The translations under genes and the position numbers were made by a program. This document shows, in pieces, positions 1-13,300 of a stretch of 64,000 nt of DNA. The notes under the pieces are model-generated. The model did not search any database. It saw nothing but the letters and a program-made list of their open reading frames with translations, and had not been told where the DNA came from. The stretch comes from Squalus acanthias (lineage: Eukaryota): positions 7,812,001-7,876,000 of the forward strand of contig CM059453.1 in NCBI GenBank assembly GCA_030390025.1. The letters run 5' to 3'. How positions within the stretch are numbered: the stretch's first letter is position 1; each line of letters starts with the position of its first letter.

Positions 1-73
1 TTATTCTGGTACAGGAAGCGCACTGTCACCCGGTTCAGTATCTCCACATCTAATACACTACTTTCTGTTATAG

Positions 74-241
74 AGACAAGACATGTATGGAGACACTGAT
101 GTGAAAGGGGCTACATCAAACCGGTCAGCTCAAAGTGAAGAGGTCCTGTATGCCGCCGTCAGTTTTTCAAAAGTTCACAAGATAGAGCAATATCTCCAGA
201 ACGAGGAGACAAGTGAATACGCCGCAATTAAATTTAAATGA
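74..241 (+). CDS. Terminal cytoplasmic exon of an upstream inhibitory Siglec-like receptor (ITIM + ITSM-like motif)
   Basis: Acceptor ctttctgttatAG (72-73); reads RQDMYGDTDVKGATSNRSAQSEEVLYAAVSFSKVHKIEQYLQNEETSEYAAIKFK*. VLYAAV fits ITIM (V/I/L/S)xYxx(V/L); SEYAAI resembles the distal TEYSEI-type motif of CD33-related Siglecs. Confidence 0.85.
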   Translation, partial: RQDMYGDTDVKGATSNRSAQSEEVLYAAVSFSKVHKIEQYLQNEETSEYAAIKFK

Positions 242-494
242 AATCCACTATTCTGACAGATGGAATATATCAATATCAACACGACTGTTGTTATGACTTA
301 GAATAGGAATTTCACATTCCAGGAATTACGTTGTGAATGGACATCTATCAGAGATTAATTGCTATGATTTCAATTCTCTTTGTGAGAAGATTTGATTTCC
401 AATCCCAAATGAGTTTCTGTTGCAAGCCTCTGTCTGAAATTGAGCAATAAGCAATCTTTAACTCAATGTAATTTTAAACTATTGTATCTGCTTT

Positions 495-500
495 AATAAA
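495..500 (+). terminator. Candidate polyadenylation signal of the upstream ITIM gene
   Basis: AATAAA about 250 nt after the stop at 239-241. Confidence 0.45.
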
Positions 501-502
501 AC

Positions 503-1180
503 AACCTCTCGGCATCTATCCTGTCAATCCCCTTCGGAATATTTTGTTTCAATGAGTTCACCTCTCATTCTTCTAAACTCCAGAGTGTCTAGTCCCATTC
601 TACACAATCTCTCATCATAGGACAGCCCTCTCATCCCAGGAATCAATCTAGTGAACCTTCGTTGCACTGACTCCAAGGCAAGTATATCCTTCCTTAGATA
701 ATGAGACCAAAACTGTACACATTACTCCAGGTGTGGTGTCAGCAAGGCCCTGTACAATCGTAGCAAGACTTCCTTACTCTTACACACCAACCCCTTGCAA
801 TAAAGGCCAACATGCCATTTGCCTCCCTTATTGCTTGCTGTACCTGCATTCTATATTTCTGTGTTTCTTGCACGAGGACACCCAAATCTCACTGAACACC
901 AGTATTTAAAAGGTTTGCAGCATTTAAAAAATATTCTGTTTTTCTATTCTTCCTACCAAAGTGAATAACCTCACATGTCACTGCATTATACTCCATCTGC
1001 CACCTTACTGCCCACTCACTTAGACTATCTATATCCCTTTACCGACACTTTGGTTTTTCCTCACAGCTAAATGCCCCACCTAGCTTTGTATCTTCAGAAA
1101 ACTTGGATACATTACACTCATTCCCTTCATGCAGGTCGTTAATAAAGATTGTAAATAGTTGAGGCCCCAACACTGATCTG
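503..1180 (-). mobile_element. CR1 LINE ORF2 (RT C-terminal) fragment
   Basis: Reverse strand matches CR1 RT segments seen elsewhere in the window (e.g. 56440-57213); degenerate. Confidence 0.85.
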
Positions 1181-1199
1181 GATTGAGCAAACTTTACGA

Positions 1200-3620
1200 G
1201 GCTCCTTTGATTAAATCACTGTGATCAGTAATGGAAGACAGCAGTTGACCCTTAACCTCAGCTGTATGCCAACAATTGCACAATCCTCTTATCTCCTGCA
1301 TGCAGATCTCATCTGAACTGATTCTGTTTCTCAATCTAATGATTAAGGTCGACGTGGCTTATTTGAGATCACGATTGCGTAGGGAATTGTTTCACACTGA
1401 TCAAATTAAAGGGACTTGTTCATGTAGATAAAACATGGCAATATTGTTTCATGCAGCATTGACACTCGAATGTAAAAGCTGAAGCCACACTTCCCAGATC
1501 CAGCACTGAAATGAGAAAACAAACATAAAAGGGTCACTGTGGCAACTGGGATACGAATGAGTTAATTTCACCAAATGTCATATCGCTGAAGTGTGAATAT
1601 AAACAGTTGAGGTCACTTCGAAAAATGGAAGTTTACCGTGTGAAACTGTCCAACTATTTTGAGCCTTTGACATTTCAGCCTGCTGAAGGTGAGAAACCCA
1701 CATGTCTGCAGAGAGCGGCTACAGAACAAACCACAGCATCTCGTTCACAGCACATTGGCAGCAAAGTACCTAAACGTATGAGAGATATGAGGCTAAAGTG
1801 TGCGCACGATGCTATTTTAGATATTCGAATCATAAAAGTTAGTTCCTGTCCTGTAACTGTGTAGCTGATGAGGGGGTAGGAGGGGTAATTCTCTGTTCGG
1901 GAGTCTTTGGCATTATGTTGATATCATCATAGCAAAAGTAATAACGATATCTAAGAAGGGGGATAGAACATTTCAAGGGAATTATAGACCAGTCAGCTTA
2001 ACATCGGTGGGAGAAAAGTTAATGGAATCCCTACTTAAGGAGAAAATGGAAGAACATCTGGAAACCAAAAATATAATAATGAATGGTCAGCATGGATTTC
2101 AACAGGGAAAGTCTTGCTTGACCAACTTTATTGAATTTTTTGAAGAGGTAACTGCGAGAGTAGACAATTGCAATGCAGTAGATGTAATATAAATAGATTT
2201 TCAAAAGGCCTTCGATAAGGTACCCCATAATAGACAGATGAACAAGGTCAGCGAATCTGGAGTCAGGGGACAAGTAGCAGATGGGATTGCTATCTGGATT
2301 CAGAACAAACAGCAGAGAATAGGAGTAAAGGGCAGCTATTCACAGTGGCAGCAGGTGGGTAGTGGTGTGCCACAAGGATCAGTGCTGCGAACACTGCTGA
2401 TCAAAATTTCCATTAACGATTTAGACTTTGGAATCAAAAACATTTTCTAAATTTGCAGATGACACCAAATTGGGGGGGATAGTCAATACTGAGGAGGACT
2501 GCAACACATTACAGGAGGACATTAATAAACTTACAGAATGGCCAAATAATTGGCAAATGAAGTTCAAAACAGATCAACGTGAGGAATTACATTTTGTTAG
2601 GAAGAATAGGGAGGTCACTTATTACTTGGATGGTGTGAGTCTAGGAGGGGCAGAGGAACAAAGGGATCTCGGAGTAAAAATACACAAATCACTAAAAGTT
2701 GCGCCCCAGGTTAGCAAGGCCATAAAAAGCAAATCAATGACAACGCTTTAAGGATTGTTTCCAGAGGGATAGAATTGAAAAGTAGGGAAGTTATGCTAAA
2801 CCTGTAGGTGCAGAGAAGATTTACAAGGATGATACCAGAAATGCAAGGGTATACCTATCAGGAAAGGATGAACAGGCTGGGTCTCTTTCCTCTTCAAAAA
2901 AGAAGTCTGAGGGGTGAACTAATAGAGGACTTTAAAATTATGAAAGGTTTTGATGAAGTGGATACAGAGAGAATGTTTCCACTTGTGGGGAAGAGCAAAT
3001 CTAGAGGCCATCAATGTCATATAGTCACCAAGAAATCCAATAGGGAATTCAGAAGAAACTTCTTTACCTAAAGCGGGTGAGAATGTGGAATTCGCTACTA
3101 CAGGGAGTGGTTGAAGCGAATAGTATGGATGCATTTAAGGGGAGGCTAGACAAGCATATGAGAGAGAAGGGAACAGAGGGTTTTGCTGACAGATTTAGGT
3201 GAGTAAAGTTGGGAGGAGTCTGGAGTGGAACATAAACGCCGGCAGGGTCTGCTTGGGCCGAATGCCCTGTTTCTGTGCTGTATATCCTATGTGATCCTAT
3301 GTAATCATCAGTAAATCTGAACATGTTCACAGACATATTCGAACTGTACGAGAGTGACAACAGTTATGTTCACTAACAGTGAGGGAGATTCACAACCTAT
3401 GTGAGGTAACATGGTTGCCAATGATTGGTGGATTTCCAACAGTTGATATCCCGATGCTCTTATATAATAGATTATCGGCGAGCTGAATCCAGCACCGTGA
3501 TTAGTCTTAGACTGAGAATGTTGTTATACATCGTGAAGTCTCTGCAGTGATGAAGTTTATTTGACTCATCCTGATATTTTCCGAATGTAAAATTAGTTAT
3601 CCTGGAGGCAATTTCCATCG
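1200..3620 (+). pseudogene. 5' relic (upstream region + leader exon) of a Siglec-like gene, interrupted by CR1
   Basis: ~1350-1875 and 3310-3590 resemble 16690-17615 upstream of gene A; leader-exon homologue 3550-3586 reads MKFI*LILIFSE followed by GTAAAA donor (in-frame TGA). Confidence 0.6.
1930..3305 (+). mobile_element. 5'-truncated CR1 LINE (RT + 3' tail)
   Basis: QHGFQQGKSCLTN, SGVPQGSVL, KFADDTKLGG, QRRFTRMIP fragments with frameshifts; tail atcctatgtgatcctatg. Confidence 0.9.
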
Positions 3621-4425
3621 TGTGGGAAAATGCCCAAGTAACTAGTAATAGATCCAGGATTGTACCCATACTAATGGATTTGGCAGGACCTGTTGTTTCA
3701 ATCACTTTCAGCTATGTATTTTCTCGACAAAAACTCCAGGTCCATTTCACACGGAACAGACATCAGCCGAAATTTGCAAAACAAAGCACTGCAACACATA
3801 GGGGGGAATTTGTGTTAAGTTGTGCAAAATTAGAGAGCTTGAGTGTGAAATTGAAAAATTAAATCAATTGGAAAACAAGCTGTTTACCACAGCGTCAAAC
3901 GCTTTACTGTCAAACAGCTCCTATCTAAGACGTCACAGATGCTTGTTGGAGCGCTCATTAACGAAGGTGACGAAACCACACGTCTACAGACTGCAGCAAG
4001 CTAACTAACTGTAGTGACACCTCTCCAACATTCAGCTCGTATTAGCTGCCAGAAAGCGGAATATGTGTGAAATGTGAGTCAGAGGCGTCTGCAAGCGTGG
4101 GCGGTGACATTCTGACGCAGATTCCAATTATTAATATCATAAACAACAGTACATTTGTGTGTTTGTATGTGAGAGAGAGATGATATTTCTGTATTAAGCA
4201 TTCTGTAGCAACTGAAAAACATACCATAACATCATTTTCAGTAACAGTCGGTCACACGCAGCCCATATACATTTATTTAGTATTATACGGTACGAAAGGC
4301 TGATATTTTAAGATATTTAGTTGACGAGAATCATATATGTATATCTTCAAGGGTAGCAATTGACCAAATAATATTACCCATAATTACTCCTGAGTAACAA
4401 AGAAAACTAAGACTTGTTCAAAATA

Positions 4426-7400
4426 TGCTGCGAGGACAGTCAAAAGCAGTTTTGACTAAGCTTTGATAACAAACAGTCACAGGCTGCTAGTGAAGGTTAA
4501 ATCATTAAATAACATATTATGATGCGAAGTAGAAATTAGAATTCGCTTAACAAAACAAATTGCAACGATATTTAAAAAAATAATTAGTATAAGGACATAA
4601 AATGAGAGAGATAATGGAGATAAAGTATTTATCTGGTAGATTAAAGTGAGACAGTCTGGATACATCAAGACTAGTGATACAGCGCTGATATGGGCCCTTG
4701 GTATAAAGCCCTTGTACTGCTTTAAGCTAGAAATGAAAGAGATAAAGTCAATTCCAATGGGGTGAAAACTATAAATAAGATAACACTGAAAATGGTAAAG
4801 TAGGTGGAAAAATACTGGAAAGGCGGGATGCTACCTTAGTCTGAGTGACAATGGTATTTTGATAATTAAAACCAATTAAAAAAGGTGATTTTCTAAAAGG
4901 CCATATATGGACACTGTCCAAACTAACTGTTGATAAGAAAAGGGTTAAAACCTCGACACTCAAAGAACAACTTCACACAGATGTACTGCGAGGACAAACG
5001 AACAGTCTTAAGAGGACATCATCTGTGTCCGAGAGGTTCCAGAGACCTAGGGCTGCGAGCTTCGCGTTAAAACTATCGCCTAATATTAAGTATATTACGC
5101 TGTATGCTTAATAAATCTTGATCTGTTGCTCAAACATACTGGCTGCTGCCTATTGGTGTCTTGTCCAAGAACACGCAGATCGTTAAGATCTCACATATAG
5201 GCACCCCAGATGGGATAAGACAAAGCGGCTAGTATTGTGTAATAGATCGGACCTGGCAATTAGCTTCCTGATCAGCTGCTGCACTTGAGGAGGGATAAAT
5301 CCCGTGGGGAGTGGGGAGTGCCCGTGAATGGCGCGCCGATAGTTATTATTGTTCGAGGTCTGTTAAGAAAATCACCAAAAGGATAGTAAAAGTTGTGTTA
5401 ATGCATATAAGAGTAAGCTGGACAGAGGGGCTTGTGCGGAGAAAGTGCAGGTATTATTGACAGAACGTTTAATCAAAGGAGACCGAGTCCGCTTTGAAAA
5501 AGTGATAAACTTTATTCCGGAAAGTCTCTCTCAGAAAAAACACCACGGGTTAAGAGAGAAACATACTCAGGTGGTTAAGCATAAAGTGCAGGAGAGAGAG
5601 GGAGAGATAAAGAAGGAAAAAGATCTAATTTGCAGGCTAAGCAATCTGAAAACACAGCAAAGGAAGGAAAGAAACCAGGGATTTGGAAAGCCAGGAAAAG
5701 CTGCCGAAACGCCGATGTAAAAAGAGAAAAAAAAAAGAGAAACTTAAAGTTTGACCGACATGGATGTTATTAACATTTGTGCCGAGACAAATAAAACACA
5801 AAATTTGCTGAGTGAAAGGAATCTTAAAATAATGCTGGAATTTCAGTTTGTGTGAAAGGGTGAAAGTTTTCCCGACTCTGAATGCATAAGATGGTACAGT
5901 ATTCCTTTCTCTGAAAGTCAGTTTATAAAACAAAAAGTGTTTGTTATGTGTGTTTTAGCTCCACCCATTTCTCTGTGTTAATAGCGTTTAACACTTTTGT
6001 ATTGTCTTGGATTTTGGAAGTTTTAAGAATGTGCGAATAAGATTGTGCCCCACGAATTGGGGAAAAAAAATCTTTTAACAACAATTTAAGTTAAGCTGGT
6101 GTGTAAAAACTGAGAAGAGCAACAAAAAATGTGTTTAACAAAATATTAACTTTCGGTCTAAGATTTAACCTTGGAGTCGCGGTTGCTATGGTGAAATCTT
6201 CCAAAGCAGTTTGATTTGATTTGTTTAAATGTGAAAAACTATTTTTTCTCCAGTTATATTCAATGTTTTTACAGTATTTTGGAAAGACATCTGAAGAAAG
6301 GAGAATAAGAAATATGACGTAATTTATGGTTTTCTACAAGCATGTGCTATTTTGTTTTTTAAATGTTCTGTTCGTGTTTAGTTAAAGTGTGAAAACTAAC
6401 TGTCTTTTTCGATCGGGAAAGTTTTTTTAAAATTTTCGTGAAGTGACGCAAATGCGTGCACTTGACAATGTTTAGCTCCACCTTTTTAAAAACCTGCAAA
6501 GGAGTTAACCCTTTCCATTGACTGCTGTTTAAGTTCACCAAGCAACATCTTTAGTATGACATTTAAAGATATTGGACATTATTAAATTTAAGTCACTTAA
6601 TTTTAAGTTAATATTTCCCCAGAATGACAGAAGAAAAATTATGATTTGATAAATTAACCCCTTTGCCTCAAAGCAGAGCTACAATGGATTCTCTTCTTTC
6701 TTTTGTTATATGAAAGTTTCCTTGTAAACTAATTGCAGCACTTCTGTCTCTAATGTGAAAACACTGTGTAAGCCACCTAGCCTGAGAATCAGTTGTTTCT
6801 GAAATTGGAAATGGAAGTTAAATTGATAGAAATGAAATTGAACATTGAAAAACCCTTTCAGTTCAACAATACTGCTGTTAGGAATTTGGGATAATTTTGT
6901 AATAACAAAATGGACTCGGGCACTATATATTGGGTTACTTTTGGGAAAATAAAAGATGCTCTAAAATAATGATAAATATTTTTTTTTTAATAACTTGGAC
7001 CAAGTGAGAATGTTTGATCTATGTTTTCTTTCTTAAATATTGAACTGGACAGTAAAGTTCCACCAGGGCTCATGAATGAGATATGAATAGTAATTAATAG
7101 GCTGTGTAAAAAGAAGAGAGGAAGTGGTTGATGGTGTGAGATAGAAACAGGAGAATTGCACCACCAATTGAGAATTTTCCAAACTTCCTAGTGAAAGTCA
7201 GGAAAGTGTAGTTAAGAATAGTAAATTAATAGCTTTCTCGTGGAGACATTTGTGTCCCTGCCTATAATGAACTTTTTAAGAAAACTGATTTTGATAGCCT
7301 AGCCACTACCCAAGATATCGGGACCATGCGATGGAGATAAACAAAGACCTCGATTAAATCTTTTGATAAGATCACCTGAAAGCCCGAGAAAGACTTGTAT

Positions 7401-8420
7401 CGGATGGCACGTGTGGCATAATATGGGGATACCGATATGAGTGTGCGAATGTGATTTGTTACGTATGAAGCAATTACCATCCGCAAATGAATGTTGATTG
7501 TGCACTGAAGAACGGGTCTCAGTCTGCTCAGTTACTTGACAACAGCAAAACATGAAATGGTTAATGTGGTTCAGGAGAGCGAGACAACCTATAAAGCATT
7601 GACACATACTCCATGGAGAAACTGTCTAATTAATGAAACAATCAGAATAGAGTTAAATAGACTGGTACCTGTTAGAGGGATTGAAATTGAAGTTGAAGTG
7701 GAGAGTTACATGGAATCTGGATTCGGACAATTGAGGGCTAAGGAGAAATCATGTTGAGTAAGAATTATCCACAAGATGGATATGAGTAAAAGAGAGATCT
7801 GGAGAATCCTTAAATTCCATGATTTGCTGATTAGATGTTAATCTGTAATGTCGATTGAAATGATTGTAAGACTGAATTTAACTGTGACTGTAATAATTGT
7901 GTTTTGTAGGTAACAGAGCTTGGGAAAAACCAGTGCGAATCCAGTGTGAGGTGGTTTTGCTGGTGCCTCCTGTGTCACTACTACCGGAACTACCATGCAT
8001 TAAGGGTCTAACAGGACCTGTCCTATCAATCAACACGTTTTAATCAAAATCAAAACCTATGCTCAAGTTAAACTGACAGTAAATGTGATACTTAAGTATG
8101 AGCTGCCCAGTTATGTGGCACAATTCGGATACGACATTCCCCTGCTGTCTGAGGGTTTCAGTGAGCTCATGATACAACTGAACTCCTCCCTAAAGCATTT
8201 TTATGTTTTGGAGAAAGACAACTCGAGAATGGATATTGAAATTGACAGCATAGAGGACAACTCACACTGGTGGGATATTGGGCTTGATATATCAGCACGC
8301 CCTTAGGTTTGTATCATTTCACATGCTCTGGTAATTCTCCAACAGGTAATGATAGTGTATTTGATATGCGTAACCTGTGTAGTAAGATTTTGATACATAA
8401 GCCAATTGTATACTCATGCC
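4426..8420 (+). mobile_element. Degraded endogenous retrovirus, copy 1 (LTR, PBS, gag-like start, env-like end)
   Basis: AATAAA 5110-5115, LTR-like end ..CA 5195, PBS 5199-5216, basic gag-like ORF remnant ~5380-5720, env-like remnant ~7290-8420 ending SHWWDIGL plus hydrophobic anchor. LTR start is approximate; no pol motifs seen. Confidence 0.65.
5199..5216 (+). promoter_or_regulatory. Retroviral primer-binding site, tRNA-Arg(CCT)-like
   Basis: aGGCACCCCAGATGGGAt matches 16/18 of TGGCACCCCAGATGGGAC, my recalled complement of the vertebrate tRNA-Arg(CCT) 3' end; lies 3 nt after ..CA. Confidence 0.7.
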
Positions 8421-9235
8421 TAAATAGATATGAGGTATTACATTTTGGTAGGAAGAATAGGACGGTCACTTAACGCTTGGATGGTGCGAGTCTAGGTGGG
8501 GTAGAGGAACAAAGGGATCTCGGAGTATAAATACACAAATCATAAAAAGTTGTGACACAGGTTAGCAAGGCCACAAAAAGCAAACCCAGCACGAGGGATT
8601 GTTTCTAGAGGGATAGAATTGAAAAGTAGGGAAGTTATGCGCAACCTGTATCGAACCTTGATTAGACCACACTCGGGAGTACTGCGTACAGTTCTGGTCG
8701 CCACGTTATAAAACGGATATAGAGGCTCTGGAGAGGGTGCAGAGAAGATTTACAAGGATGAACCAGAAATGCGAGGGTATACCTATCAAGAAAGGATGAA
8801 CAGGATGGCTCTCTTTTCTCTTTAAAAAAGAAGGCTGAGGGGTGACCTAATAGAGGTCTTTAAAATTATGAAAGGTGTTGATAGATGGATACAAGGAGAA
8901 TGTTTACACTTGTGGGGAAGAGCATAACTAAAGGCCATCAATATAAGATAGTCACTAAGAAATCCAATAGGGTATTCAGAAGAAACTTCTTTACCTAAAG
9001 CGTGGTGAGAATGTGGAATTCGCTACTACGGGGAGTAGTTGAAGCGAATAGTATGGATGCATTTAAGGGGAGGCTAGACAAGCATATTAGGGAGAACGGA
9101 ACAGAGTGTTTTACTGACAGATTTAGATGAGTAAAGACGGGAGGAGTCTGGAGTGGAACATAAATGCCGGCAGGGTCTGCCAGGGGCCGAATGGCTTGTT
9201 TCTGTGCCGTATATACTATGTGATCCTATGTAACC
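8421..9235 (+). mobile_element. CR1 LINE 3' fragment (duplicate of 2570-3305)
   Basis: RPHxEYCVQFWSP and QRRFTRM region plus tail. Confidence 0.9.
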
Positions 9236-9478
9236 ATCAGTAACTCTGAAGATGTTCACAGACATATTCGAAATGTCCGAGAGTGACAACAGTTATGTTC
9301 ACTAACAGTGAAGGAGTTTCACAACCTATGTGAGTTAACACGGTTGCCAATGATTGGTGGATTTCCAACAGTTGAAATCCCGATGCTCTTATACAATAGA
9401 TTACTGGCGAGCTGAATCCAGCACCGTGATAAGTCTTAGACTGAGAATGTTGTTATACATCGTGAACTCTCTGCAGTG

Positions 9479-9515
9479 ATGAAGTTTATTTGACTCATCC
9501 TGATATTTTCCGAAT
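9479..9515 (+). pseudogene. Duplicated dead leader exon
   Basis: ATGAAGTTTATTTGA..CCGAAT|GTAAAA, same as 3550-3586. Confidence 0.55.
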
Positions 9516-10355
9516 GTAAAATTAGTACTCCTGGAGGCAATTTCCATCGTGTGGGAAAATGCCCAAGTAACTAGTAATAGATCCAGGATTGTACCCTTAC
9601 TGATCAGTTTGGCAGGACCTGTTGTTTCAATCACTTTCAGCTGTGTATTTTCTCGACAAAAACTCCAGGTCCATTTCACACGTACCAGACATCAGACCGA
9701 AATTTGCAAAACAAAACACTGCAACACATAGAGGGGGATTTGTGTTAAGTTCTGCAGAATTAGAGAGCTTGAGTGTGAAATTCAAAAGTTAAATCAATTG
9801 GAAAACAAGCTGTTTACCACAGCGTCAAACGGTTTACTGTCAAACAGCTCCTATCTAAGACGTCACAGATGCTTGTTGGAGCGCTCATTAACGAAGGTGA
9901 TGAAACCAAACGTCAACAGACTGCAGCAAGCTAACTAACTGTAGTGACACCTCTCCAACATTCAGCTCGTATTAGCTGCCAGAAAGAAGAATATGTGTGA
10001 AATGTGAGTCAGAGGCGTCTGCAAGCGTGCACGGTGCCATTCTGACGCAGACTCCAATTACTAATATCATAAACAACAGTACATTTGTGTGTTTGTATGT
10101 GAGGGAGAGATGTTATTTCTGTATTAAGCATTCTGTAGCAAATGATAAACATTACCTAACATCATTTTCAGTAACAGTCGGTCACACGCAGCCCATATAC
10201 ATTTATTTAGTATTATGCTGTAGGAATGACTGATATTTAAAGATATTTAGTAGACGAGAATCATATATGTATAACTTCAAGGGTAGCAATTGACCAAATA
10301 ATATTACCCATAATTACTCCTGAGTAACAAAGAAAACTAAGACTTGTTCAAAATA

Positions 10356-13300
10356 TGCTGCGAGGACAGTCAAAAGCAGTTTTGACTAAGCTTTGATAAC
10401 AAACAGTCACAGGCTGCTATTGAAGGTTAAATCATTAAATAACATATTATGATGCGAAGTAGAAATTAGAATTCGCTTAACAAAACAAATTGCAACGATA
10501 TTTAAAAAATAATTAGTATAAGGACATAAAATGAGAGAGATAATGGAGATAAAGTATTTATCTGGTAGTTTAAAGTGAGACAGTCTGGATACATCAAGAC
10601 TAGTGATACAGCGCTGATATGGGCCCTTGGTATGAAGCCCTTGTACTGCTTGAAGCTAGAAAGGTAAGAGATAAATAAATTCCAATGGGGTGAAAACTAT
10701 AAACAAGATAACACTAAAAATGGTAAAGTTGTTGGAAAAATACTGGAAAGGCGGGATGCTACCTTAGTCTGAGTGACAATGGTATTTTGACAATTAAAAC
10801 CAATTAACAAAAGGTGATTTTGTTAAAGATCATATATGGCACTATCCAAACTAACTGTTGATAAGAAAAGGGTTAAAACCTCGACACTCCAAGAACAACT
10901 TCACATAGATGTACTGCGAGGACAAACGAACAGACTTAAGAGGACATCATCTGTGTCCGAGAGGTTCCAGAGACCTAGGGCTGCGAGATACGCGTTAAAA
11001 CTATCGCCTAATATTAAGTATATTACGCTGTATGCTTAATAAATCTTGATCTGTTGCTCAAACATACTGGCTGCTGCCTATTGGTGTCTTGTCCAAGAAC
11101 ACACAGATCGTTAAGATCTTACATATAGGCACCCCAGATGGGATAAGACAAAGCGGCTAGTATTGTGTAATAGTTCGGACCTGGCAATTAGCTTCCTGAT
11201 CAGCTGCTGCAATTGAGGAGGGATAAACCCGGTGGGGATTGGGGAGTGCCCGTGAATGGCGCGCCGATAGTTATTGGTGTTAGAGGTCTGTTAAGAAAAT
11301 CAACAAATGGATAGTAAAAGTTGTGTTAATGCATATAAGAGTAAGCTGGACAGAGGGGCTTGTGCGGAGAAAGTGCAGGTATTATTGACGGAACGTTTAA
11401 TCAAAGGAGACCGAGTCCCCTTTGAAAAAGTGATAAACTTTATTCTGGAAAGTCTCTCTCAGAAAAAACACCACGGGTTAAGAGAGAAACATACTCAGGT
11501 GTTTAAGCATAAAGTGCAGGAGAGAGAGGTTGCTATGGTGAAATCTTCAAAAGCAGTCTGATTTGATTTGTTTAAATGTGAAAAAATATGTTTCTCCAGT
11601 TATATTCAATGTCTTTACAGTATTTTGGAAAGGCATCTGAAGAAAGGACAATAAGAAATATGACGTAATTTATGGATTTCTACAAGCATGTACTAGTTTG
11701 TTTTTTATCTGTTCTGTTCGTGTTTAGTTGAAGTGTGAAAACTAACTGTCTTTTACGATCGGGAAAGTTTTTTTAAATTTACTTGAAGTGACGCAATTGC
11801 GTGCACTTGACAATGTTTCGCTCCACCTTCTTAACGACCTGCAAAGGAGTTAACCCTTTCCACTAACTGCTGTTTAAGTTCACCAAGCAACAACTTTAGT
11901 ATGACATTTAAATATATTGGACATTATTAAATTTAAGTTTCTTAATTTTAAGTTAATATTTCCCCAGAATGATAGAAGGAAAATTATGATTTGCTAAATT
12001 AACTCTAAGCAGAGCCACAATGGATTCTCTTCTTTCTTTTGTTATATGGAAGTTACCTTGTAAACTAATTGCAGCACTTCTGTCTCTAATGTTAAAACAC
12101 TGTGTAAGGCACCGAGCTTGAGAATCATTTGTTTCTGAAATTGGAAATGGAAGATAAATTGATAGAAATGAAATTGAACATTGACAAAACCTTTCAGTTC
12201 AACAATACTGCTGTTTGGAATTTGGGATAATTTTGTAATAAGAAAATGGAATCGGGCACTATATATTGGGTTACTTTTGGGAAAATAAAAGATCCTCTAA
12301 AATAATGATAACTAAAAAAGTGTTAATAACTTGGACAAAGTGAGAATGTTTGATCTATGTTTTCAATCTTAAATATTGTATTGGACAGTAAAGTTCCTCC
12401 AGGGCTCATGAATGAGATATGAATAGTAATTAATATTTTATGTAAGATGAAGAGAGGAAGTGATTGACGGTGTGAGATAGAAACAGGAGAATTACACCAC
12501 CAATTGAGAATATTCCAAACTTTCTAGTGAAAGTCAGGAAAGTTTAGTTAAGAATAGTAAATTGATAGCTTTCTCTTGGGGGAATTTGTGTCCCTGCCTA
12601 TAATGAACTTTTTAAGAAAACTGAATTTGATAGCCTGGCCACTAACCTAGACATCGGGACCATGCGGTCGAAGATGAACAAAGACCTCCAGACAATCTTT
12701 TGATAAGATCAACTGAAAGCCCGAGAAAGGCTTGTATCGGATGGCACGTGTGGCATAATATGGGGATACTGGTATGAGTGTGCAAATGTGATTTGTTACT
12801 TATGAAGCAATTAACATCCGGGAATGTATGTTGATTGTGCACTGAAGAACGGGTCTCAGACATGCTCAGTTACTTGACAACAGCAAAACATGAAATGGTT
12901 AATGTGGTTCAGGAGAGCGAGACAACCTTTAAAGCATTGACACATACTCCATCGAGAAACTGTCTAATTAATGAAACAATCAGAATAGAGTTAAATACAC
13001 TGGTCCCTGTCCGAGGGATTGAAATTGAAGTTGAAGTGGACAGTTACATGGAATCTGGATTGGGACAATTGAGGGCTTTAGAGAAATCATGTTTAGTTAG
13101 AATAATCCACAAGATGGATATGAGTAAAAGAGAGATCTGGAGAATCTTTTAAGTCCATGCTTTGTTGATTAGATGTTAAACTGTAATGTCGCTTGAAATG
13201 ATTGTAAGACTGAATTTAACAGTGACTGTAATAATTGTGTTTTGTAGGTAACAGAGCGTGGGAAAAACCAGTGCGAATCCAGTATGAGGTTGTTTTGCTG

